A stretch of 64,000 nt of DNA, from positions 49,952-113,951 of the forward strand of contig JAKLIV010000001.1 of assembly GCA_022709405.1 (NCBI GenBank), in the 5' to 3' direction. Positions 56,623 through 64,000 of this stretch are shown here, one piece after another. The notes under the pieces were generated by a model. It searched no databases and had not been told where the DNA came from. It was given only the letters and a program-made list of their open reading frames with translations. Source of the DNA: Spirochaetota bacterium (lineage in GTDB: Bacteria; Spirochaetota; UBA4802; UBA5550). The position numbers and the translations under genes are program-made. The first letter of the stretch is position 1, and each line of letters begins with the position of its first letter.

Positions 56623-57304
56623 CTGCAGATCGAGTTAGGGATACAAATCTCAGGATTTTCCATCCTTCCCGACGGGCTTTCTCTTCGAGGAGCCTGTCGG
56701 GATTTACCACGACCGGGGCGCCCACCTTTTCGAGAAGCGGAACATCGTTGATACTGTCGGAATAAAACGCGCATTCTGAGAAAGCAATATTGTATCTGCC
56801 TGCATAATCCCCGGCCCAGAAAATTTTTCCCTCCCTGAATGCATACGGCTCGACGGCCCGGGTAAATCGGCCGTCTTCTTGAAGGAATGAATTTCCGATC
56901 ACCGCAGACATCCCAAGATGGCGGGCGAAATACCCCGCAATGATGCTGTTCTGGGCGGTGATCATCACTGTAGGGACGCCCCGTTTCTCGTACTCGTCAA
57001 TTATCTTCGCAGCTTCATTCCATATGTGCCGCCTGCCATATTCAACAAAGAATTTTTCGGCAAGCTTTGAATATCGTTCAGGGGACAAAAAGAGGGTCCT
57101 GAAGCGCTGGTATCGCATGTACCGGGCTCCGGTAAGCCGCCCCCTGCGGTAGGCCCTGTTGAGAAAGATGAGACGCAGTATTTCAGCGATTCCCATGAGG
57201 GGGTTTTTTTTAATCCGCCACATGGCCCAGAGCATGTCGGTGTCGCGGTCGGTGATGGTTTCATCGAGGTCGAAAAAAGCCAGCCTGACGTCAGATTGGT
57301 CCAT
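56615..57304 (-). CDS. HAD-IB family hydrolase
   Basis: 'LAFFDLDETITDRDT' is HAD motif I (DxDxT). 'YSDSINDVPLLE' is motif IV-like. Confidence 0.7.
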   Translation of the reverse strand: MDQSDVRLAFFDLDETITDRDTDMLWAMWRIKKNPLMGIAEILRLIFLNRAYRRGRLTGARYMRYQRFRTLFLSPERYSKLAEKFFVEYGRRHIWNEAAKIIDEYEKRGVPTVMITAQNSIIAGYFARHLGMSAVIGNSFLQEDGRFTRAVEPYAFREGKIFWAGDYAGRYNIAFSECAFYSDSINDVPLLEKVGAPVVVNPDRLLEEKARREGWKILRFVSLTRSAAI

Positions 57305-57375
57305 TGATCTGTTCCGTAAAAAAAATTCCGGGAGGGCCTTGTTCTAGTCCCGGCCCTCCCGTTATGGAGAAATAT

Positions 57376-58605
57376 TTATGAATTTTCGGATGGTTTTGTC
57401 AAGGGGGATTCGTTCAGTGAAAGCGTCAATGCCACGGCGATTATCGAAAGTACGATGAATATCTTCATGAAGGGCATTATCCCGGCGTGGTTGATCCCCA
57501 GTACAAAGAGTATGCCCGATACCTGTCCGGTAAGCAGAATGAGCCCCTGTGTGGTGGATTCAGGCGAGGGCGCTGCGACCTCCGCGCTGTATTGGAATCC
57601 GACAGGAGCGCCTGCCCCTAGGAGAAAGAATCCCAGCAGGCCTGATGAAACAAGCAACAGGGTGTAATCACTGAAGAAGTTCAATCCGGCAATCCCTATG
57701 GCCATGAACAGCATCGCCAGTATGACGAACGGCTTGCGTTTGCCCATCTTGTCCGAGATGGCGGGAAGAATTATGGCGCCAAGTATTCCGGCGATAAGCA
57801 TCATCCCTCCGACGAGGCCGGTCTCTTCGACCGAAAGTCCTTTTTTCTCGCATAGCTGATCGATGCATGTGCTGACCGAGTTGAATATGCCCAGACCGAT
57901 GAAAAACAGCACCAGTACTTTTATGATGTCGGGTTTCTTCACCAGCTCCTTCAATACCTTGTAAAAGTGAAACGATTCGTCGTTCGCAGCGTTTTCGGCG
58001 GCGCCGGCGGGACGCTCTCTCAGCAGAAGCAGAGTGAGGATCGCTCCGATGATCGAGATCACGCCGTATGTCATCAGCATGCCGGGGAAATCGAGAACGT
58101 CAGATCCCTCGGTCCTGATCATGTAGGGGGTGGCCATCATGACCGTGATTATTCCGACGAACTGGGCCAGCGTGGCGATACCCACTGCTGTCGCCCGTTC
58201 GTTCAGGGGAAACCATCGAACAGCCACCTTGGTCGATGCGTTCAACAAGAAAGGCTGCCCGATCGCGAGAAAGACCTGGCATACGACAATCATCGTATAG
58301 CTGTCCGCATATATCCCTTTCAGAAGGCCGAATATGCCGGTCAGGGCCGCCCCTATGCTGATTCCTATCCGTATGCCTTTTTTATCGATTACATAGGATG
58401 CCGGCACGCACATGACGAGGAACAGACCCATGAAAAGTTCCGATAGCAGGTCGACCTGGTTTGCCGAAACATTATAATAGTTCCGCACGTCGCGGGCGAT
58501 CGGGGCGAACGCGAGCCAGTGCATCTCGACGATCACCGTGATCAGAAAGAAAACCGCGAGCACGATCCATCTGTAGGGATGACGTGAGCTTGAATTTTTA
58601 TCCAT
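57376..58605 (-). CDS. MFS transporter
   Basis: About 12 hydrophobic segments. The ATG at 58605 is preceded by AGGAGA. The ORF-track extension to 58824 overlaps the kinase gene and was rejected. Confidence 0.7.
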   Translation of the reverse strand: MDKNSSSRHPYRWIVLAVFFLITVIVEMHWLAFAPIARDVRNYYNVSANQVDLLSELFMGLFLVMCVPASYVIDKKGIRIGISIGAALTGIFGLLKGIYADSYTMIVVCQVFLAIGQPFLLNASTKVAVRWFPLNERATAVGIATLAQFVGIITVMMATPYMIRTEGSDVLDFPGMLMTYGVISIIGAILTLLLLRERPAGAAENAANDESFHFYKVLKELVKKPDIIKVLVLFFIGLGIFNSVSTCIDQLCEKKGLSVEETGLVGGMMLIAGILGAIILPAISDKMGKRKPFVILAMLFMAIGIAGLNFFSDYTLLLVSSGLLGFFLLGAGAPVGFQYSAEVAAPSPESTTQGLILLTGQVSGILFVLGINHAGIMPFMKIFIVLSIIAVALTLSLNESPLTKPSENS

Positions 58606-58660
58606 ACTATCTCCTGGTTGTAATATGCTGCAGGGCGCATCATGTGCGCCCGTGCAATAA

Positions 58661-60268
58661 TCAGCATGCGTTGAGCTGCTCAAAGAGCTTCTTGTTCTTG
58701 CCGTAGAGTTCCTTGAATACGTTGAAGTTCTTGTCATACCGGGCTTTGTTGGCCTTGTTCGGTTCGTATATCTTGTCGACCGGGATGAAAGACTTCGCGT
58801 CCGAAAAATCCTTGAAAAGACCAAGGCCCACAGCGCAGGTGATGGTCGCGCCGATGGTGCCGGCGTTCTGGGTGTTCCTGATGGTCTCGATTCTCCTTCC
58901 GGTGATGTCGGCCATTATCTGGCAGCCGATGGGAGATTTCGCCCCTCCGCCGACGAAACGAAGGGTTTCGCGGTGGGGGATCCGCTTCTCGATCGCTTCA
59001 AGCATCCAGCGTTTGTGGAACGCCATACCCTCAACCACCGAGCGTATCATCTGGCGCTTGCCCGTGGTGAGGCTCAGGTTGAAGAACATGCCCCTGGCGT
59101 ATGGGTCTTCTTTCGGGGCGCGGTTGCCGTGCAGCCATGGCGTGAAGATGACGCCTCCCGAACCCGCCGGAGTCTGACTGATGACCTGGTTCAGGAAATC
59201 GTACAGGCTTTCGTACACGTCGTTCATTTCGCACACGTGTTTCGCTTCGAGGTACATTCCGATCTCGTCCAGGGCCAGGTGGTCCCTGACCCACTGCAGG
59301 CAGGCGCCCGACGTCTCCTGTTCGGCCACGTAATTGTACCTTCCCGGTATCGCCCCGAGGATCGAGGCGACGAAATTGTCTATGTCGACCATGCGGCGGT
59401 CGACGTTGGCAACGACCCATCCGGATGTGCCTATGTAAATGTGGGTATCATGCAGATCCAGGCAGCCGGAGCCGATCGAGATGAGCGATACGTCGCCGCC
59501 GCCTCCGAACACCGGCGTGCCCTCGGCGAGCCCCATCTCTCCTGCGGCCCTGGCGCTCAGGTTCCCGACGATATCGGTCGAATCGAGCACCGGCGGCAGG
59601 TGATTCATGTCAACGTCGAACAGGCGGCACAGGCTCTTGCTCCAACCGAGCTTGCCCGGCCGGGTGTCGTACACGAATGTCGCGTTCGCGGAGTCCCTGG
59701 TCATGCCGTAATTGCCGGTGCACCTGAGGGTGAGGTAGTCCTTGACGTCCAGCCACTTGTGGGTTTTCTTGAATATTTCAGGTTCGTTGTCGCGGACCCA
59801 GTGATACTTCCACAGCGGGTCCTTCGCGGTTGCAGCCATGCCTCCCGTGTAGTAAAGCGATTTCAGGGTTGAGGGGATGTGAAACTTCCCGCCGATCTTG
59901 AACAGTCCGCGGTACAGGTAGCGGGCGATCTGCTCGGTGGACCTGCCGTCCATGTAGCTCATGGGATTCCGGAGCGCATCGCCGTTTTCATCGACCATGA
60001 TCGATCCCTGCATCTGGGCGCAGAACGTCATGCCCATAATGTCTTTTTTAGCGATCTTCGACCTGGTCAGGATGGCCTTTGTGGCGGTGCACAGGGCGTT
60101 CCACCATTCGTCGGCTTTCTGTTCAACGCCGCCGTTGCTCAGTGTATACACGGGATATTCCGCAAGGTACGAGTCAACGAGTTCGATCTTGTCGGTGATC
60201 CGGTAAATGCAGGATTTGTTTCCGGTGGTGCCCACATCGTGAGCCAGGATGTATGCTGTGTCTGACAT
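58661..60268 (-). CDS. FGGY-family carbohydrate kinase
   Basis: 'YILAHDVGTTGNKSC' is the N-terminal actin-fold phosphate-1 motif. 'LRFVGGGAKSPIGCQIMADITG' is the FGGY C-terminal signature. Confidence 0.8.
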   Translation of the reverse strand: MSDTAYILAHDVGTTGNKSCIYRITDKIELVDSYLAEYPVYTLSNGGVEQKADEWWNALCTATKAILTRSKIAKKDIMGMTFCAQMQGSIMVDENGDALRNPMSYMDGRSTEQIARYLYRGLFKIGGKFHIPSTLKSLYYTGGMAATAKDPLWKYHWVRDNEPEIFKKTHKWLDVKDYLTLRCTGNYGMTRDSANATFVYDTRPGKLGWSKSLCRLFDVDMNHLPPVLDSTDIVGNLSARAAGEMGLAEGTPVFGGGGDVSLISIGSGCLDLHDTHIYIGTSGWVVANVDRRMVDIDNFVASILGAIPGRYNYVAEQETSGACLQWVRDHLALDEIGMYLEAKHVCEMNDVYESLYDFLNQVISQTPAGSGGVIFTPWLHGNRAPKEDPYARGMFFNLSLTTGKRQMIRSVVEGMAFHKRWMLEAIEKRIPHRETLRFVGGGAKSPIGCQIMADITGRRIETIRNTQNAGTIGATITCAVGLGLFKDFSDAKSFIPVDKIYEPNKANKARYDKNFNVFKELYGKNKKLFEQLNAC

Positions 60269-60384
60269 GTCGCGGTACCTTTTTTACTGTCGTGTAATGG
60301 TGCGTTCGCCTGATATTAAATATTATATACCAGATTGAAATTTTGTCATCTCATTGTCTGACCGGTCAGAAAGTGCATATTCAT

Positions 60385-63303
60385 TCATAACCCCGTATCA
60401 TTGATCCCGGCTCCGGCGAACATATGGCGGATTCGGTCGATCTCGGTGCCGAACTGGTCGGTGAGCCGTCCCTCCCGGGCCGCGTGTTGTATCCCGATCG
60501 CCAGGAACGCCTTGCGCATCGAAACCCTGTAGCGCCGCGAAAGGGCAATTGACTCGATAGTTGCGCTTCGCAGGATGAAATTGAACGCCATTCCATAGGC
60601 CTTTTCGTCGATTTCCCTGATGTCGTCCTTCAGCGCTCCAGGATGGAAGTGGAGTATCAGGTTGTGCGCTATGGGATGGACGAACCTGTTCTGGCTCACT
60701 TTCCTGTATCCGAAAACGGCCGTCAGGCCCTTGATCCACTCGAGATACGAGGCGAGCACCCCGCCTGCGTTCGCGAGAATGTCGGGGAACGAAACGGTGC
60801 CCATGTCCTCGAGGGCCTCTTCGGCCTCGGCTGTGGCTGGGCCATTGGCGCCCTGGAGTAGGTATATGCCCCTGAAATCGGAGACATGCACGTTGCCGCT
60901 TTCATCCTGATCGCCCGCCACGATCACCTCTTCCAGGGCCGCGGGCACGACAACGTCGACTATCGCTTTAAGGGGCATGACCGTATCGCCGGGGATGAAC
61001 TCGGCGCTTCCGGTTATTTCACGCGGGGCCTGCTGGAGCGTGAGTCCGCTCTTGAAGCAGCGGTCGAAGAGCGCAGGGATTCCCTTTATTCCCGCGGGAT
61101 CGCTCAGGGTGCCCGACACGTCGGATATCATTTTCACCGTCGCGCCGATTTCGTCGATCATCTTCGCTAAGTTCGCGCCGACCTTGCCGAAGCCCTGGAT
61201 CGAGAACGAAAGCATGCGAAGTTTCGATTCGGCTTTCACGCGGTATTCGACTTCGCGTTCAAGCGCTTCGGTGATGCGTGCGGGGTCCGACCAGAGGGCG
61301 GCGTCGCCGTAATCCTGGAAATTCTGCTGCGCAGAGAGCACCTCGATCAGGCCCCTGGACGTCGCTCCGGCCCTGAGCGCCAGACCGTGCGGGCCGGGCT
61401 TGCCGGTGATGGCGGGGGATGTATAGGCGGCCGTCAGCTCCGCCGACGACGATATTTTTTTGAGCAGCGATGCATCGGTGCATGGCACCCCGAAATGTTC
61501 GCCCAGGATCTTTTTAATGTTTGCCGGCGCTCCATGAGGATTGCCGGCAATCGCGGTGATGTCTGAAAGCGCGTTATGCGTGATTCGGTCGAAAATGACT
61601 GAAATTTCGTCTCCTCCGATGCCGACATCTCCTGCGGGGACGTCCGAGAGCGGCCCGACCTCGGCCCTGTAGTACAGAAAATCCGCGTATGACTGGAGCA
61701 CATTTTTCCTGGCTTGCGCGCGGGTATCCCCGTCATGGCCGGCAAACTTCATGTCACCGAGAATGCCTCCCTTGCCGATGGTGTACCAGGGGACTCCCAG
61801 GCCGATGTTCTTGAAAAGCATGTTCGTCGCCAGGGCGCCCTCCCCGGAGAACGTGACCTCGTGCTCGTGCGCGCGGATGCCTCCTTTCCCGATGCCGATG
61901 CCGTTGATCCTTATGAAAAGGTAGGCCTTGCCGGTCAGCGGCTCCTCGTAGCGTTCGTAGAATATATTTCTGAACCGCAGCAGGTTCATGATCTCACCGT
62001 CCAGAAGGGCCCTGTCAAGACGGTCCGATTCGCGTTTGATCGGGACGGTGGCGGCGGAAAAGACGTTCTTCAGCGTGGACCAGTAATAGTCGTTTTTCAT
62101 CGAGCTGTCCGGATTGAGGACGTAGTGCCTGATCAGCCCGAAGGCCTTGGCGCGTATCTCCGCATTGGGATCGTTCATCAGAAGAACGAGGGGGATCAGG
62201 TATTCCTTCTGCTTGTTCTGCTGCATCGTGAGGATGAGTTCGAGTTTTTCATAGTCGCGCGCGCCCGCGATTGTTTCCAGAATTTCGCGTATTTCGCCGA
62301 CCGAGACCGGGGCTGATTTGAGGAGCAGCGATCGGGCGTAGAGTTCGTTTTTGAGGTACTCTCTGAGCTCGCTTGTAAGGATTTTCGTCATAACGGGCGT
62401 GGCCATGCCGATGAAATGCCTGCCTGCAGCAATGATCGAGTGAAAAAACTGTCCGTTGAAAGGAATGCCCTTGCGCTCGAATATCAGGTTGAGAGTGCCG
62501 TAGTTTTCCTGGAACTTTTCACGCGGCATCCAGAGAATGAACCATGTTTCGGCATGGTCTGTTCCCGGATTTTCATCGATATCGGCGACAAGGACGTCCT
62601 CTCCCTGCCTGACTGCGGCGTCGATTTCCGAGAGCGAGGCCGCGTAGCGGGCAACGGTTTTCGGGCCGAACGATTTGAGGGCCATTAGCCCGAAAGCTTC
62701 GGTTGAGGCGCTTAAAAGCGAATCGATGGAGTCCCTTTCCGCAACGGATTCCCCGCCGCTTATCCTTGACATCAACCGATTAACTGCCTCGTTCCTGGAG
62801 GTCTCCGGTGTCGCCGTTTTCTGCTCCTCGAGCACATACAGGCGGCGCCGGTCCTTCGAGCGCGCGAGGTTTACGATAGGTATCGCGGAAAGACTGAAGC
62901 GGGAAGTCCCTCTTTTACCGATGATTTTCTGTATGCTGTTAGTTGTTTTGTTCACCAGGTCGGTGCTGTCCGATATCAGGAAGAGATATTTGTCTCCGAT
63001 GTGCCCTTTGACGTCGATGCCTTTGTACCCTCCCGATTTTATCCCGTGAGTTTTTTCCTGGTACCGGTTGTGCTCGATCAGAAAGGATATCTCGTCGATG
63101 CCCAGGTTCAGGGCCGGTTTGCCGCCGAACTCAATGTGGGAAAGGAGCGATTCAATTTCGTGCATTATCGCTTCTTCGGAAAGGTCTGATTTTTCAACAA
63201 GAATGTCATAGATTCTGGTCAGTTCTGCCGGGTTCAGGGGAAACCTGCACGTGGATGCAAGTGCGTGCAGCTTTTCATGTGCGGCGTTTATCGGATGCTT
63301 CAT
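60385..63303 (-). CDS. large Glu/Leu/Phe/Val dehydrogenase-family protein (972 aa) with long N-terminal extension
   Basis: 'GIGKGGIRAHEHEV' is the catalytic K-G-G motif. 'IQGFGKVGANLAKMIDEIGATVKMISD' is a Rossmann fold. About 430 aa precede the catalytic core. Confidence 0.75.
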   Translation of the reverse strand: MKHPINAAHEKLHALASTCRFPLNPAELTRIYDILVEKSDLSEEAIMHEIESLLSHIEFGGKPALNLGIDEISFLIEHNRYQEKTHGIKSGGYKGIDVKGHIGDKYLFLISDSTDLVNKTTNSIQKIIGKRGTSRFSLSAIPIVNLARSKDRRRLYVLEEQKTATPETSRNEAVNRLMSRISGGESVAERDSIDSLLSASTEAFGLMALKSFGPKTVARYAASLSEIDAAVRQGEDVLVADIDENPGTDHAETWFILWMPREKFQENYGTLNLIFERKGIPFNGQFFHSIIAAGRHFIGMATPVMTKILTSELREYLKNELYARSLLLKSAPVSVGEIREILETIAGARDYEKLELILTMQQNKQKEYLIPLVLLMNDPNAEIRAKAFGLIRHYVLNPDSSMKNDYYWSTLKNVFSAATVPIKRESDRLDRALLDGEIMNLLRFRNIFYERYEEPLTGKAYLFIRINGIGIGKGGIRAHEHEVTFSGEGALATNMLFKNIGLGVPWYTIGKGGILGDMKFAGHDGDTRAQARKNVLQSYADFLYYRAEVGPLSDVPAGDVGIGGDEISVIFDRITHNALSDITAIAGNPHGAPANIKKILGEHFGVPCTDASLLKKISSSAELTAAYTSPAITGKPGPHGLALRAGATSRGLIEVLSAQQNFQDYGDAALWSDPARITEALEREVEYRVKAESKLRMLSFSIQGFGKVGANLAKMIDEIGATVKMISDVSGTLSDPAGIKGIPALFDRCFKSGLTLQQAPREITGSAEFIPGDTVMPLKAIVDVVVPAALEEVIVAGDQDESGNVHVSDFRGIYLLQGANGPATAEAEEALEDMGTVSFPDILANAGGVLASYLEWIKGLTAVFGYRKVSQNRFVHPIAHNLILHFHPGALKDDIREIDEKAYGMAFNFILRSATIESIALSRRYRVSMRKAFLAIGIQHAAREGRLTDQFGTEIDRIRHMFAGAGINDTGL

Positions 63304-63441
63304 AATGATCCCTCCAAAGCGAGCGCTGAATGGATCGCCTGATCCGTTCAGCGGCGTAATGTATCTGGTTTTCTGACATTCAGTATAGGGAGAAGCGGAC
63401 GCTGCATCCTATCAGAATCTGATCGATCAAAAATCGGGGAA

Positions 63442-64000
63442 TCAGGGCTGACCGCTTTTCTCGCGGTGCTCGCTTGGGGTCATTTTCATCACCTTCATGA
63501 AGGCCCTGTTGAAGGTGGTAAGGCTTTCAAATCCGACTGCGAAAGCTATATCTATTATGCTCTTGTCGGTAGAGGAAATCTGCGCCGCCGCCTCGCTGAT
63601 GCGAAGGTCGTTGATGAATTCGTTGATTCTCTTGCCGGTGTACATTTTAAAAAAGCGTCCCAGGGAATCGGGGTGCATGTTCAGGGATGCCGCCAGTCCC
63701 TCCCGCGAGATGTTTGAGGTGTAATTCTCGGTAAGGTAGGCCATCGCCTGTTTGATTTTTTCCTCGATCGAGCTTGTTATAGACGGCTTCCGCTGAACAT
63801 CCTGGTCGGATTTTACTTTTTTATACAGGAATGAATTATCGACCGCTATGGCGACCTGGTCCATGAACGAGATCACGAGGTTGGCGTCCCTTTCGGTGAA
63901 TTTTTTTCCAGGCGTGTAGTTTTCCAGGTGGCAGACGCCGATAACCAGCCCCCTGGTCATGATGGGGATAGTCAGAATGTGATCGATCCTGCTTCCCGTT
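63442..64000 (-). CDS. GAF-domain AraC-family transcriptional regulator (N-terminus beyond window end)
   Basis: AraC HTH: 'SREGLAASLNMHPDSLGRFFKMYTG...IIDIAFAVGFESLTTFNRAFMKVMKMTPSEHR'. 'VIGVCHLEN...FTERDANLVISFMDQVAIAVDNSFLY' is the end of a GAF domain. The frame is open from 63960 to nt 63999. Confidence 0.75.
   Translation of the reverse strand, partial: TGSRIDHILTIPIMTRGLVIGVCHLENYTPGKKFTERDANLVISFMDQVAIAVDNSFLYKKVKSDQDVQRKPSITSSIEEKIKQAMAYLTENYTSNISREGLAASLNMHPDSLGRFFKMYTGKRINEFINDLRISEAAAQISSTDKSIIDIAFAVGFESLTTFNRAFMKVMKMTPSEHREKSGQP

Noticed and set aside
58606-58824. N-terminal 73-aa extension of the MFS ORF
   Set aside because: It overlaps the 3' end of the FGGY kinase gene and has an Arg/Ser/Thr-rich non-membrane sequence. 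The internal ATG at 58605 has an AGGAGA RBS.
58973-59872. 299-aa + strand ORF
   Set aside because: Antisense shadow of the FGGY kinase gene.
61714-62316. 200-aa + strand ORF, plus other + strand ORFs between 60620 and 63189
   Set aside because: Antisense shadows of the GDH-like gene in GC-rich sequence.
1-64000. CRISPR arrays, rRNA genes, reverse transcriptase/retron or DGR elements
   Set aside because: No regularly spaced direct repeats, no rRNA-like sequence and no RT motif (YxDD) were seen in any long ORF.

Overview
This window looks bacterial and has two parts. Nt 1 to about 45,400 is a compositionally mosaic genomic island. It ends at a tyrosine integrase (44195..45379, -) next to the 3' end of tRNA-Val(TAC) (45503..45575, -). 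It carries no phage structural genes and is packed with nucleic-acid-targeting and conflict-type modules: two diverged DUF2779-type nucleases in convergent orientation; a PLD-SNF2 helicase + large N6-adenine methyltransferase + EVE reader operon; a SIR2-like / orphan / RecQ-like / RecD-like-helicase-nuclease operon; a NERD-UvrD helicase; an Mrr-like endonuclease; a WYL regulator + HhH/Fe-S-loop glycosylase-like gene; a duplicated membrane-protein/Fe-S-loop module split by an IS30 element; a YdjI-like SPFH / membrane / Zn-ribbon-LRR cluster; and a MoxR AAA+ / metallopeptidase-vWA giant / 1124-aa orphan triad. Nt 45,500 to 64,000 is GC-richer core genome: HU/IHF, rpsT, mpl, NfeD-stomatin, M20 peptidase, IS200/RAYT-like transposase, neutral ceramidase, HAD hydrolase, MFS transporter, FGGY kinase, large GDH-like enzyme, GAF-AraC regulator. 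The best candidates for an undescribed system are the MoxR-vWA-orphan triad and the SIR2/RecQ/RecD four-gene cassette. All calls rest on motifs read by eye from the ORF translations; no database search was run. No CRISPR array or rRNA was seen.
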